Both the position numbers and the translations under genes were made by a program. 64,000 nucleotides of DNA. Origin: Acidobacteriota bacterium. GTDB taxonomy: Bacteria > Acidobacteriota > Terriglobia > Acidiferrales > UBA7541. This document shows positions 16,798 through 26,824 of the stretch, in pieces. Each line of letters starts with the position of its first letter. The stretch's first letter is position 1. The notes below the pieces were generated by a model. It had not been told where the DNA came from. It made no database searches and saw nothing but the letters and a program-made list of their open reading frames with translations. Location: NCBI GenBank assembly GCA_013289695.1, contig JABCZK010000020.1, forward strand, positions 2,038 through 66,037, written 5' to 3'.

Positions 16798-16900
16798 GAC
16801 TCCCCATTAACGCCGCGAGCTCACCCGGTCCGCGTAGCACGGTCTAGTCGATTGATACGATCTTATTCTCAAGGAACCGCCGTGCACGAGATCTGGGCCG

Positions 16901-18082
16901 TCAGACGAGTACAGCTTGCACTGGACGGCGTGGGCTGGCGTGGGCTGACAGCTTCGGATAGCCCATATAGAAAACAAAAGTCGGCTGCCATGTGGAATCT
17001 GTGGTGACTTCGTTGAGCAGCGCGGCGCGAGAGGCCGGTCGGCCCAGTGCCCGCTCATGGTCCACCATTTCGACGGCCTCGTTACAGGGACGCGCGGAAA
17101 GTCCGTGGGCGGTCGCAAAGAGATGCGCGCGCTGCCAGATTCGGCCTGCTTGCAAGCATTGCTCCTGTGCGTATCGGTCGCGCACGGCGATGAATCCGAT
17201 CAGCGGCGCGCCGAGCATCAGGTTCGCATAGCCATTGTCGGTGCTGCGCGACGCAGCCCAGCGCAGCATTCGCGCAGACATCATCTTGGCAATCGCAGTA
17301 GCTATGGGCGGCAGGCCGGAGGCATCAATCGTCAGGCCATCGCGGTATTTCTGGACCGCACTCCATTTCAAGCGGACCCAACGTTCGCTGCCGCGCTGAA
17401 CATCTGGATCGGAATAGATCTCCGTATTTGCGGCAGAACTAATTTCGGCGATCTTTTTTCGATCGGCTTCGTCGGTGAAAAGAAATAGCTTCAGGTCTGC
17501 GTCGTCGCCCGGCAGATGTTTGAGTGCTGCTACGAAATCAGGCGGAATCGTTTTGCTCGGATCGTAAGGACCACGATTCGTGTGGCGCCGTGGGATGGCA
17601 TTGTAGAGCTCGTTTTCTTCGCGCTTCCCAGGTGCGAGATTCACGCGGGCCAAGAGTTGTGGTTTGGGTGCCGCGGGAATCGGACCAAGTTTTCCCGGCA
17701 GCAGCTCAGCCGTGGCTGCGTATCCGTTGGCAGGCGCGGCCAGCATCAGATTCTCCAGAGCGCAACCCATGCCGATATGCTCTTCGCGCAGATAAGGATC
17801 GAGCGCGCCGACGTTCCTCTGTGTGTCAATGTACAGCCCGATTGCGGAATCGGTGATTTTGAAAAGCCAGGGCTGAGTGTTATGGGGGCTGGCGGCTAGA
17901 ATCGCGGCGCGCACCAGCGCGAGTGGAGCATCGTTTCCGGTGTTGCGCCAGCCCTTCCACGGCTCGTAAGCCGGCCCCTCGCCGACGCTGAAAACTCCTT
18001 GATCCCAGGCGCGCCAGACGCCGCCGCCCACGACGGCGACGGTCACGATTCCTGTGCCTTTTAGGAAGGATCTCCGGCGCAC
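16901..18082 (-). CDS. Tat-exported nitroreductase-fold (Acg family-like) FMN oxidoreductase
   Basis: MRRRSFLKGTGIVTVAVVGGG twin-arginine signal. SPHNTQPW and RHTNRGPY are nitroreductase-type motifs. Confidence 0.75.
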   Translation of the reverse strand: MRRRSFLKGTGIVTVAVVGGGVWRAWDQGVFSVGEGPAYEPWKGWRNTGNDAPLALVRAAILAASPHNTQPWLFKITDSAIGLYIDTQRNVGALDPYLREEHIGMGCALENLMLAAPANGYAATAELLPGKLGPIPAAPKPQLLARVNLAPGKREENELYNAIPRRHTNRGPYDPSKTIPPDFVAALKHLPGDDADLKLFLFTDEADRKKIAEISSAANTEIYSDPDVQRGSERWVRLKWSAVQKYRDGLTIDASGLPPIATAIAKMMSARMLRWAASRSTDNGYANLMLGAPLIGFIAVRDRYAQEQCLQAGRIWQRAHLFATAHGLSARPCNEAVEMVDHERALGRPASRAALLNEVTTDSTWQPTFVFYMGYPKLSAHASPRRPVQAVLV

Positions 18083-18187
18083 GAAGCACCTCCGCGGACG
18101 GTTAGCTTTGGTAGCACACTGCCACGCTGCGCTCGGAACTAATGCAAGAATTCTTTCCGCGCGGTGGCAACAGCAGCCGTTGCAAGA

Positions 18188-18634
18188 TTACTGGACTGGA
18201 TTGTTGTAGCCGGCGTCGCGGGGGTCAATCGGCTTGCGTCCGGAAAATCCTTCGTCCTGGCGGTGGTAGAAACGGATGCGATCTTCGCCCAGCTTCCAGC
18301 AGAGATACACTTCCTCGTCGTCAATGCGCGCGGGAAAATCCAGCAGCCCCACTTCCAGATCCTTTACCACGCAACCGGTTTCCTGAATCTGGTCCAGCGC
18401 GGACTGCACGGTTTCTTCCAGGCGATTGCGTTCCAGGCGCGTCTTGGCCGCGCTTTCGTATGCCACGGCCAGGCCGCCGGAGCGCTGGATGCGTTCGGCG
18501 AGTGAATTGATCTGCTCGTCCACGTCCATCATCTTGCGGCGCGATTCCATCGCTTCGATCAGCAGCGGCTCGAGCTGCGAACGCAGCCGCTCCGCTTCCG
18601 TCAGCGAGAAATATTTGGACTCCTCATCCGCCAT
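18188..18634 (-). CDS. DUF2203-like protein
   Basis: 148 aa. N-terminal FSLTEAERL...LEPLL and C-terminal YLCWKLGEDRIRFYH...GFSGRKPI resemble DUF2203. From memory. Confidence 0.65.
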   Translation of the reverse strand: MADEESKYFSLTEAERLRSQLEPLLIEAMESRRKMMDVDEQINSLAERIQRSGGLAVAYESAAKTRLERNRLEETVQSALDQIQETGCVVKDLEVGLLDFPARIDDEEVYLCWKLGEDRIRFYHRQDEGFSGRKPIDPRDAGYNNPVQ

Positions 18635-18664
18635 GTCGCGTTGCTCCCCAAACTTGCGGCCCCA

Positions 18665-19645
18665 TCAGCCGCCAATATAGACCATCGTGCGCGAGGGCGG
18701 AACAAAATCCGGCTCGTTGATACGATGGCCCTTTTCCTTGGTTTGCACCATGGCGATAATCGCGTCGCCGATTTCGCGGTCGCCCATGCCGCTGCGCAGC
18801 AAACTTTTCACGTCGTGGTCTTCTTTGCTGAACAGGCAGGTGCGCAATTTCCCATCGGCGGTGAGCCTAATGCGCGAGCAATGTCCGCAGAAGGGCTGCG
18901 TTACGGGCGCGATCAATCCGATTTCGCCGCCGCCGTCCGCGAAGCGGTATTTCCGCGCGGTCTCGCTGCGCTCGTGCACCACGGGGATCAGCGGCCAGCG
19001 CGCCGAGATGCGCCGATGCACTTCCGCCGCGGGCACTACCATGTCGCGCGTCCATGCGCGGTCCGCATCCAGCGGCATGAACTCGATGAAGCGCATGACG
19101 ATGTCTTTTGCGCGCGCGAATTCCGCGAAGGCTTCCACTTCGTCGTCGTTCAGCCCGCGCACCAACACAGCGTTTACCTTCACGGGACGCAGCGGCGAAG
19201 CCTGCGCCGCCTCGATTCCCGCCAGCACTTGATCGAACGTCTTGGTGCGGGTCACTTTCTCAAACTTTTCACGATTTAGCGAATCCAGGCTAATGTTGAT
19301 GCGGTCCAGGCCCGCCGCCACCAGCCGGTCGCAGCGCTCGGCGAGCAAGTGGCCGTTGGTGGTCATCGAAAGGTCCTGCACACCAATAGCTTTCAGCCGC
19401 GCCACAAAATCTTCCACGCCCGGACGCACCAGCGGCTCGCCTCCCGTCACGCGCACTTTGCGAATGCCCATCCCCAGCAAAATGCGCACCAGCCGCTCGA
19501 ACTCATCCCATTCCAGCAGCGCGTGCTCCGCCATGTGATTTTCCGGATCCGCCGAACGGCAATACACGCAGCGAAAATTACAGCGGTCCGTCACCGAAAC
19601 CCGCAGGTCGGTGATGGGGCGTCCGAATTTGTCCGTCAGTGCCAC
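18665..19645 (-). CDS. moaA: GTP 3',8-cyclase MoaA (radical SAM)
   Basis: LTDKFGRPITDLRVSVTDRCNFRCVYC plus a C-terminal CGHCSRIRLTADGKLRTCLF cluster. GTG 19645 gives an E. coli-like N-terminus. The track start 19729 (TTG) would add 28 non-conserved residues. Confidence 0.9.
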   Translation of the reverse strand: MALTDKFGRPITDLRVSVTDRCNFRCVYCRSADPENHMAEHALLEWDEFERLVRILLGMGIRKVRVTGGEPLVRPGVEDFVARLKAIGVQDLSMTTNGHLLAERCDRLVAAGLDRINISLDSLNREKFEKVTRTKTFDQVLAGIEAAQASPLRPVKVNAVLVRGLNDDEVEAFAEFARAKDIVMRFIEFMPLDADRAWTRDMVVPAAEVHRRISARWPLIPVVHERSETARKYRFADGGGEIGLIAPVTQPFCGHCSRIRLTADGKLRTCLFSKEDHDVKSLLRSGMGDREIGDAIIAMVQTKEKGHRINEPDFVPPSRTMVYIGG

Positions 19646-19734
19646 GCTCTTTTTAGATGCTGTCAAGAATAAAATGGCCCAATCCGAATTCGGAATTGGG
19701 CGAGGATGCCAGCGGCGCAGCACGCTCAAAAAAA

Positions 19735-19880
19735 CGCGCTCGCTGGATGCTCTCCTTTCCAGATCCGGGAGGAGCAGGCGTTTCCGCCCAATCCCTCATC
19801 TCCTGAAATTACCAGGAGCATCGCCCCCACGCCTTGGGTTGTCTCTCCGTTAGGCCGAGCGGGTCGGAGATATCAGAGCC
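19735..19880 (-). ncRNA. structured 5' leader of moaA, possible Moco-riboswitch-like element (tentative)
   Basis: Minus-strand RNA contains CUCCGACCCGCUCGGCCUAACGGAG, hairpin CUCCUG-guaauuu-CAGGAG, GNRA hairpin GGCG-GAAA-CGCC and ...GGAAAGGAGAG, then a U7 run. Not verified against a covariance model. Confidence 0.25.
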
Positions 19881-20139
19881 GATGATACGCTTCCAGTCGA
19901 ACGGGAGCAAACAATCGCGACGTCGGAAAGTGGCGCAAGCCGGCGCACAGTACGTCCAGCTAATTAAGTGCCTTGGGGTGCGAGAAAGTGTCGTATCAGT
20001 AAACATACTGATGCAAAGTGTGCCGTTTTGAACAGGTTCGCCTGCCCCTGTTCCCATATTGTGGTCACGGTTGCTTTTGAACCATTCCCGGGAGCCAGTT
20101 CGCGAAGGGGCTGGCTCTCGCTAATCCGGCGGACTTTTG

Positions 20140-21492
20140 ATGTCTTCAGACTCACGAGAGCGCATCAAACAGGGCGAGCTGCCCCTGGTCCTCAACGGAT
20201 CGGCAGGCAGAAGGCTGCCTTTGCGCATCCTCTTTGTTCACAGAGACGTAGCGGACGTGGAGCTGTGCATGCAAGCGCTGAAGAAGGCCCATTTCAAGGT
20301 CAGTGCGGACGTAGTTCTAACGCCGGACCAGTTTGGCGCACATTTCAAGTCAAAATTTTACGACGTGGTGCTGGCCGAATACCCGTCCCCGAACTGGGAG
20401 GGAAGGCGCGAGCTGGAAATGTTGCGTCTGCGGGAAAGGCAGACCCCCTGCATTTTCCTGATGGACACCGTGCAACCTGAGACCGTGGCGGAACTTATCA
20501 GCAGCGGCGCCGCCGATTGCATTGGCATGGACCACGTTGGGCACCTGCCCGTAGCCGTCCGTCGAGCCCTCAGTGAGAACCACCTTCGCGAAGAGCGCGA
20601 TCGCACCGAAAAAAAGCTACGCCATTCAGAAGCACGCTACCGCGCTCTGGTGGGTAACCTGACTTATGGAATCTGCCGCTGCAACATTAAGGGCAAGTTC
20701 CTCGATGTCAATCCGGCGCTGGCGACCATGCTGGGTTATGCGTCGCGCGAGGAACTGCTGGCGGTGAACCTGGCAGCTGACGTCCTCTGCGATCCTGCCA
20801 AGCGAGCACAATTGCTGGGCCAATCCGCGGACCAGCATGACGCCGATCCGCTGGAGGTTGAATGGAAACGCAAGAACGGCGCAACCCTGAAAGTTCGGCT
20901 CAGCGGGCGCGAGGTCAAAAACGAAGGCGAGACGGGCAGTTACGAGATCATCGTTGAGAACGTCACGCAACAGCGCAAGCTCGAGGATCATTTGCGTCAA
21001 CAAGCGGCCAAGGATCCCCTCACGGGCCTGGCCAACTACCGCCATCTGGTGGAAACAGTTGATAGCGAAATCAAGCGCTCCGAGCGCACCACGCGTGAGT
21101 TCGCTCTGCTGTTCCTGGATTTGGACGGATTGAAACAGATCAACGATCGTTTCGGCCACCTGGTTGGCAGTCAAGCTCTCTGCCGGCTGGCCGATGTGTT
21201 GTGCATCTGCAGTCGCAAGGTAGATACTCCTGCGCGTTTCGGCGGGGATGAATTCGCGCTGGTGCTACCTGAAACAGGACCAGCGCCGGCCAACCTGGTG
21301 GCCCAGCGCATTTGCGACAGTCTCGCGAACGACGGTCGAGAGCCGAAGCTATCGGTCAGCATCGGCGTTGCTATTTATCCGCAGGATGGCGAAAATGTGG
21401 ATTCGCTTCTGGGCGCCGCGGATGCGGCGTTGTACGCGATGAAAACCAGAGCCCACAGCACGGATGCGAAGACGCGGACGAAGACCGCGTAA
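20140..21492 (+). CDS. diguanylate cyclase: degenerate receiver-like domain, PAS, GGDEF
   Basis: RFGGDEFALVLP active site with RKVD (RxxD I-site) 5 residues upstream. PAS-like SEARYRALVGNLTYGICRCNIKGKFLDVNPA. N-terminal REC-like fold with substitutions. Confidence 0.9.
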   Translation: MSSDSRERIKQGELPLVLNGSAGRRLPLRILFVHRDVADVELCMQALKKAHFKVSADVVLTPDQFGAHFKSKFYDVVLAEYPSPNWEGRRELEMLRLRERQTPCIFLMDTVQPETVAELISSGAADCIGMDHVGHLPVAVRRALSENHLREERDRTEKKLRHSEARYRALVGNLTYGICRCNIKGKFLDVNPALATMLGYASREELLAVNLAADVLCDPAKRAQLLGQSADQHDADPLEVEWKRKNGATLKVRLSGREVKNEGETGSYEIIVENVTQQRKLEDHLRQQAAKDPLTGLANYRHLVETVDSEIKRSERTTREFALLFLDLDGLKQINDRFGHLVGSQALCRLADVLCICSRKVDTPARFGGDEFALVLPETGPAPANLVAQRICDSLANDGREPKLSVSIGVAIYPQDGENVDSLLGAADAALYAMKTRAHSTDAKTRTKTA

Positions 21493-21539
21493 CTGTTTCG
21501 TACGGCGATAGAAGGCGGCAAGGCGGACCAGGTGACCCA

Positions 21540-21833
21540 ATGAAACACGAAGCCAAAGTAATCAGCATCCAGCGCGTTTCCTCTTTCCGGCTAGACCCAA
21601 TTTTGACCGGCGAGGAAGCAATCGTCCTGCGAGCTCTTGCCTCTGGAAACAGCGACCGGCAAGTCTGTAGCCTACTGCGCATCAACCCGGACACGTACTT
21701 GCGCATGATGCGCGACATGCGCGAAAAGATTGGCGTGTCGGATAACGTTTCCCTCATCGCCTGGGCGAAGCAGCGCATCCAAGGCGTTGACCAGCGAATT
21801 GACACGGCCACAGAACGCACACGCTTGGCATAA
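21540..21833 (+). CDS. small LuxR/GerE-type HTH protein
   Basis: ATG 21540 within track ORF 21312-21833. LTGEEAIVLRALASGNSDRQVCSLLRINPDTYLRMMRDMREKIGVSDNVSLIAWA fits the GerE HTH pattern. Confidence 0.65.
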   Translation: MKHEAKVISIQRVSSFRLDPILTGEEAIVLRALASGNSDRQVCSLLRINPDTYLRMMRDMREKIGVSDNVSLIAWAKQRIQGVDQRIDTATERTRLA

Positions 21834-22021
21834 ATTGGACTGATTGCCGCAGAACGAAGCGGCCGCTCCCAGAACACCGTCCCCGTCATGTTCGCTTGCA
21901 GTCTGGAAATCTGCGCTCCGGGCACGGCTGTGAGCCGCATTGCGCAACCCGGTGCACAACCGGAAAGTGCCGCCGATGCGCGCGTTTCCCTGCGCGGCGG
22001 ATATGATAAAGTTGCGAACCG

Positions 22022-23185
22022 ATGCGCATCTTCGTACTGGGAGTGGGCGGCGCCGGCTCCTTGCTTGCTCAATTGCTCGTGCGCCAGGGTCACACGGTCT
22101 GGTGCGGCGATCGCGACCCGGACCGCGCGCGAAAGTTTCTCGGCAAGAAGAGCGCGATCGAAGTAGTGGAAGCGAACGCGCGCAATCTTTGGTCCATCGT
22201 GCGTGCGGCTCGCGGCTGCAACTTACTGGTCAACGCTTCCCCCGCCGTCTTCAACGAAATTATTCTGCGCGCGGCGCTGCGTCTGCGTTCGCATTACCTG
22301 GATCTAAATTCGCACCTCAATCGCAGTCCGTTCAAGCCGGAACAATTCCGCTTCCGCAAACGCTTCGAGGCGAAAAATCGCGCGGCGCTGATCTGCACCG
22401 GCGCGGCGCCCGGCCTCACCAATCTTCTCGCCAAACGCGGCTCCGAATTGCTGGACAGCGTCGAGTCCATGCAAATTCGCCTGTACGAAAGCACCGAAAG
22501 CAAGGATCCGGTTTCCACCTGGTCACCAGAAGTGATGTACGACGAAGCGATCTCCAGCCCGCGCGTCTATCGTCACGGGCGCTTTTCGCTCGCCAAGCGC
22601 TTCGCGGATCGTGAAAAATTCCGTTTCCCGCCGCCCATCGGCGAGACTACCGTGTACCTGGCCGCGCAGGATGAAGTTTGCATGTTGCCTTACGTGGTTC
22701 CCATGCGCGATATGGACGCCAAGATCGGCGGCAATGATTTCGATCGGCTGTTCCGCTGGTATCGCCAGGGACGCCTGAACCGGTCGCAGGGAATCCCGCG
22801 CAAACGCTTCCCAAAAACTCTCACGCCCAAGGGCGTCGCCGGGATGATTCGCAGTGGCGTGCTGGAAAATGCGCGCTTCGCCGCGGCCGTCCTGGTGCGA
22901 GGAGTGAAGGACGATCAGCCGCTGCTGTTGCGCTACGACGCGAGCTTTCCCACGCTGTTTCAGATTCGCCAGCGCGGATTGATCTCGACGCCCATCGCCT
23001 ACGCGACGGCGCACCTGGCCGCCATCTTCATCAAGCATTTTCCCCGCGATATGGCCGGCGTCTTCGGCCCGTCGGAGCTGCCCATCGAAACGCGCCGCGC
23101 AATCCTCACCGAAGCGCGCTCCCGCGATTTTCGCGTCGCATTCAAAATGACGCGGCTGAAGAAAACCGAAGACGAGGAATACTAG
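22022..23185 (+). CDS. saccharopine dehydrogenase-like NAD(P)-binding protein
   Basis: MRIFVLGVGGAGSLLAQLLVRQGHTVWCGDRD Rossmann N-terminus. Length and the GAAPGLTNLLA motif are typical of the family. Confidence 0.75.
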   Translation: MRIFVLGVGGAGSLLAQLLVRQGHTVWCGDRDPDRARKFLGKKSAIEVVEANARNLWSIVRAARGCNLLVNASPAVFNEIILRAALRLRSHYLDLNSHLNRSPFKPEQFRFRKRFEAKNRAALICTGAAPGLTNLLAKRGSELLDSVESMQIRLYESTESKDPVSTWSPEVMYDEAISSPRVYRHGRFSLAKRFADREKFRFPPPIGETTVYLAAQDEVCMLPYVVPMRDMDAKIGGNDFDRLFRWYRQGRLNRSQGIPRKRFPKTLTPKGVAGMIRSGVLENARFAAAVLVRGVKDDQPLLLRYDASFPTLFQIRQRGLISTPIAYATAHLAAIFIKHFPRDMAGVFGPSELPIETRRAILTEARSRDFRVAFKMTRLKKTEDEEY

Positions 23186-23303
23186 ACGGAAGCCTTCACC
23201 CGTAGCGCCGCCGCAGGCCCTTTGCTGCAGCGACACCGGTGTCGCACGGGACGTTTGTCGGGGCTGGTTTGGAATGATGGCACGCCTTCGCGCCGTTGCA
23301 TGT

Positions 23304-23332
23304 GTAGGCGCCCGTCTCAGACCCGCCCCTAC
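23304..23332. repeat. REP-like element bounded by GTAG and CTAC
   Basis: gtaggcgcccgtc-tca-gacccgcccctac. 10 of 13 stem pairs. Loop and right arm resemble the 4357-4384 copy. Confidence 0.7.
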
Positions 23333-23357
23333 CAGCACCAGCGCGGGTATATCGAGG

Positions 23358-24020
23358 TCAGTACGGCCTGGCCAGCGGCTTCAGCAAACCGAAATCGGTC
23401 AAGCCGTTCACGACGAACTGCACTGCCAACGCCACCAGCAGCAATCCCATCAGCCGCATCAGGATGCGTATCCCGGTTTCGCCCAGATATTTTCGCACGC
23501 CGTCCGCGCCGGCCAGAATCAGGAACGAAAGGAACGACGTCAGCAGAATCGTCGCGTAAATCACCACTTGTTGCCACAACGAGTGTGATTCGCCCACCAG
23601 CACCATCACCGTAGAGATCGCGCCGGGGCCCGCCAGCATCGGCATTCCCAGGGGAATGATGCTCGCGTCCTGTTTTTCCGCGCCTTCCTGTTGCTCTTCG
23701 GCCGTCGCTTTCGTGCCGGACTGCTTGGCCTGCAGCATGTCCAGCCCAATCCCCATCAGAATGATTCCTCCGGCGATCTTGAACGCCGGCAGCGTGATGC
23801 CGAATATTTTGAAAATCAGGCTGCCAGCCAGCGCAAACGAGCACAGCACAATCGCGCAAGTCACCGCCGAACGGCGCGCCACGGCCCGCCGTTCCGATGA
23901 AGGCGAATTCGCCGTCACCGCAAGAAATAAAGGGATCACGGCGAACGGGTCCACCAGAAAAAACACCGAAGTAATCGCGAGTAGCGCGAATTCAAGAACG
24001 GTTTTGATCGAGCCAGCCAT
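23358..24020 (-). CDS. MarC family (UPF0056) membrane protein
   Basis: FFLVDPFAVIPLFLAVT near the N-terminus plus 6 hydrophobic segments. 220 aa. Confidence 0.8.
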   Translation of the reverse strand: MAGSIKTVLEFALLAITSVFFLVDPFAVIPLFLAVTANSPSSERRAVARRSAVTCAIVLCSFALAGSLIFKIFGITLPAFKIAGGIILMGIGLDMLQAKQSGTKATAEEQQEGAEKQDASIIPLGMPMLAGPGAISTVMVLVGESHSLWQQVVIYATILLTSFLSFLILAGADGVRKYLGETGIRILMRLMGLLLVALAVQFVVNGLTDFGLLKPLARPY

Positions 24021-24178
24021 GGAATTCAGCGCGCAATCGCAGCGCCGGGGTCACAGTAACATTCTTGCACAATCCCACGCTGCGGAAAAATCCAGCGCAA
24101 GCAACTGTAGTTGGCCCCGGCAGGTACAGCGCAAAGCCACAATTTGCAGTGGTTCAGCAGGCAGACGTAACTAGCATT

Positions 24179-26824
24179 TCATTCGTAGCGCAATGCGACC
24201 ATCGGATCAACGCGCGTCGCTCGCCTTGCGGGAATGTAGCAAGCCGCCAGCGCGATCGTTGCAAGCAGCACTGAAACCGTCACGTATGTGACCGGATCGG
24301 TCTCGCTAACAACTAGAAAATTCCTGGCGACGCGGCCTGCCGCGAACGCGGCAGCCAATCCAATCGCCAAGCCCACCAGCACGATCATCGCTCCCTCCCT
24401 AAAAACCATCTTCAGGACGTCCGCTGGGCTCGCGCCAAGCGCCATTCGTATACCGATCTCATGGGTCCGTTGGCTGGCGGCGAACGATACGACGCCATAG
24501 ACACCGACAATCGCAAGCATAAGTCCCAAGCCGCCCAGTGACGCGGCCAACCCTGCGCCGATTTGAAAACCGAGCAGACCACCTAGGGTGTAAAGCCCCT
24601 GCCGCATCGTCTCCACATCAAAAACAAGCAAGTCCGGTGACAACGTTGCAATCGTACGCTGAATTTCAGGCATCATCGCTTCGGGCGCCGCATATGTTCT
24701 CACCTGAAGCGTCTCCAAGGAATTGAAGGTGTAGTGTTGTGCGAACGGAAGATAAAAGAACGGCGCGATCGGACTTGTGATGCTATCGAATCGAGAATCT
24801 TTGACCACTCCGACGACTTCGATGGAATGTACCGGCTCACTGCCAAGTTTGAAGTGGTGTCCGATCGGATCCTGGTTAGGCCAGAATTGCTTGGACATTG
24901 CTTCGTTGACGATCCCGACATACTGCGTGTGTGCGTCGTCGGCAGACGTAAACGTGCGCCCCCGCACCATCGGAATCCTCATCGTCTCGAAATAATCCGG
25001 AGAAATCACGTTATAAAGGAAAGGCGGCACGGATTGGCCAGTCGGCGGCTCGTAACCGTCAATTACGGGAGTGTCGGCGTTGCTCAGATAACCCAGCGGC
25101 ACAACGGCCGCGATGCTCGCAGACTCGACGCCAGGCAGTGCGCGAACGCGATCAAGGAGATGCTTATAAAACTCGCGTCCCTGCGCTTCGCTGTAGCCAA
25201 TTTGGTTTGGGTCCATACTCAAGTTCAGTACGTGGCTGGGGTCAAAGCCGAGGTCTATCCGTTGCGCTTCCATGAGGCTGCGTGCGTAGAGCCCCGCGAT
25301 GATCAGCAGCATCAGCGAGCCGGCAACCTGTGCCACCGCAAGCGCACGGCGCAGCCGAGATTTGCCTCCGGCAATTCCGCGGCCGCCTTCGCGCAGGACG
25401 GTCGCCAAACCGCTGGAAGAGCGAATGGCCGGTGCAATTCCGACGATCACTCCCGTCAAGAGCGCGACCACCAGGGCATAGGTGAAAACGCGCCAGTCGA
25501 ACCCGAAATCGAACTGCACCGGAAGATCGGTCTGGAGATGGATCGAGCCCAGAGTCGTGCTTCCCAAATACCCAAGGAGAAGCCCCGCCACGCCGCCCAA
25601 GAATGCGAGCACAACGCTTTCCGTCAGCAACTGGCGGATCAAACGGCTGCGCACTGCCCCGAGCGCAGCGCGGATTGCCATTTCCCGTTCGCGTGCGGTG
25701 GCGCGCACGAGAAGAATGTTAGCCACATTGGTGCATGCCAGCAGGAGCACCAGTGCGGCCAGCCCGAGAAAGAGTCCCGAAATAACAAGCGTCGTATGTT
25801 GAGGGTCGGCCGCTTGCAGCCTCAGAAAGGCTTGAATGTTCATGGCCTTGTCGGTGTCCGGATATGTCTGCGACAGGCGTTGACCAATAACGCCCAATGA
25901 GCTTTGCGCCTGTTGGAGTGTGATGCCGGTTTGCAAGCGCCCAGTCACGATGACGAGACGCTCTCCTCGATTGACCATGAAGTCTTTCGGATAGACTCCA
26001 ATTGATGCCATGCCGAGAGGTAAAAAGCCCTGGACGGACAAGAACGGGCTCATGCCGTGAAATCCCGCAGGAGCTATCCCAACAATCGTGATCGGGTGGC
26101 CATTCACAGAAACTGCCCTGCCGACGACGTTCGGATCGCCCCCGAAGTGCACCTGCCAATACGAATAACTCAGAACCATCACCGGATCCGCTCCCAAAGT
26201 TTCTCCTTCGGAAGGCAAAATCAAGCGGCCGAGCGCGGGCTTGAGACCGAGTACAGAGAAATAATTCCCGCTCACATAATTGGTCATAATCCGATCGGAC
26301 TTTCCATTCACTGCCAAACCGTCCATTCCGGACAGATAACACATCAAACCAGAGAAAGAGGCGGACGCCTGATCTCCCATCTCTTGATAGTCGGGAACGG
26401 AGAAAAAGAATTGCAGAGGGCCGTTACCCTTATGGAAGGCAAGAACAGCCGTTTGGTCGGGGTCCTTTATTGGCAGAGGACGAAGCACGATCGAGTCGAC
26501 CACGCTGAAAATGGTTGTGTTGGCGCCGATCCCGAGGGCGAGCGTGAGGACGGCGATGCTTGTAAATCCTGGCGATTTGCGCAGCGTGCGCAGGGAATGG
26601 CGAACGTCCTGCAGTAAGTCTTCCAGCCACGTCCGAGCCCATTGATCGTGCGTGACGTCCTGGATGACTCCCGCGTTGCCCAGCTCACGCTGCGCCGCTG
26701 CGCTGGCTTGCGCTGATGATTCGCCGCGCGCCTCGCGATCCCGCGCGGCCATCTGCAAATGGCTGGCGATTTCTTCGTTCAGTTCTTGTTTACGCTTCTC
26801 GGCGTCGCCCCACGGGAATTTCAT
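24179..26824 (-). CDS. ADOP-family duplicated MacB/FtsX-like ABC permease
   Basis: 881 aa. N-terminal charged leader, then LRTLRKSPGFTSIAVLTLALGIGANTTIF. Two FtsX-type 4-TM modules. C-terminal RVDPMVALRYE. Confidence 0.9.
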   Translation of the reverse strand: MKFPWGDAEKRKQELNEEIASHLQMAARDREARGESSAQASAAAQRELGNAGVIQDVTHDQWARTWLEDLLQDVRHSLRTLRKSPGFTSIAVLTLALGIGANTTIFSVVDSIVLRPLPIKDPDQTAVLAFHKGNGPLQFFFSVPDYQEMGDQASASFSGLMCYLSGMDGLAVNGKSDRIMTNYVSGNYFSVLGLKPALGRLILPSEGETLGADPVMVLSYSYWQVHFGGDPNVVGRAVSVNGHPITIVGIAPAGFHGMSPFLSVQGFLPLGMASIGVYPKDFMVNRGERLVIVTGRLQTGITLQQAQSSLGVIGQRLSQTYPDTDKAMNIQAFLRLQAADPQHTTLVISGLFLGLAALVLLLACTNVANILLVRATAREREMAIRAALGAVRSRLIRQLLTESVVLAFLGGVAGLLLGYLGSTTLGSIHLQTDLPVQFDFGFDWRVFTYALVVALLTGVIVGIAPAIRSSSGLATVLREGGRGIAGGKSRLRRALAVAQVAGSLMLLIIAGLYARSLMEAQRIDLGFDPSHVLNLSMDPNQIGYSEAQGREFYKHLLDRVRALPGVESASIAAVVPLGYLSNADTPVIDGYEPPTGQSVPPFLYNVISPDYFETMRIPMVRGRTFTSADDAHTQYVGIVNEAMSKQFWPNQDPIGHHFKLGSEPVHSIEVVGVVKDSRFDSITSPIAPFFYLPFAQHYTFNSLETLQVRTYAAPEAMMPEIQRTIATLSPDLLVFDVETMRQGLYTLGGLLGFQIGAGLAASLGGLGLMLAIVGVYGVVSFAASQRTHEIGIRMALGASPADVLKMVFREGAMIVLVGLAIGLAAAFAAGRVARNFLVVSETDPVTYVTVSVLLATIALAACYIPARRATRVDPMVALRYE

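Noticed and set aside
19995-20013. Hairpin atcagta-aaca-tactgat upstream of the GGDEF gene
   Set aside because: Short, AT-rich and unique in the window. No way to separate it from chance.
24734-25900. 388-aa plus-strand ORF
   Set aside because: Antisense to the ADOP permease. Arg-rich composition.
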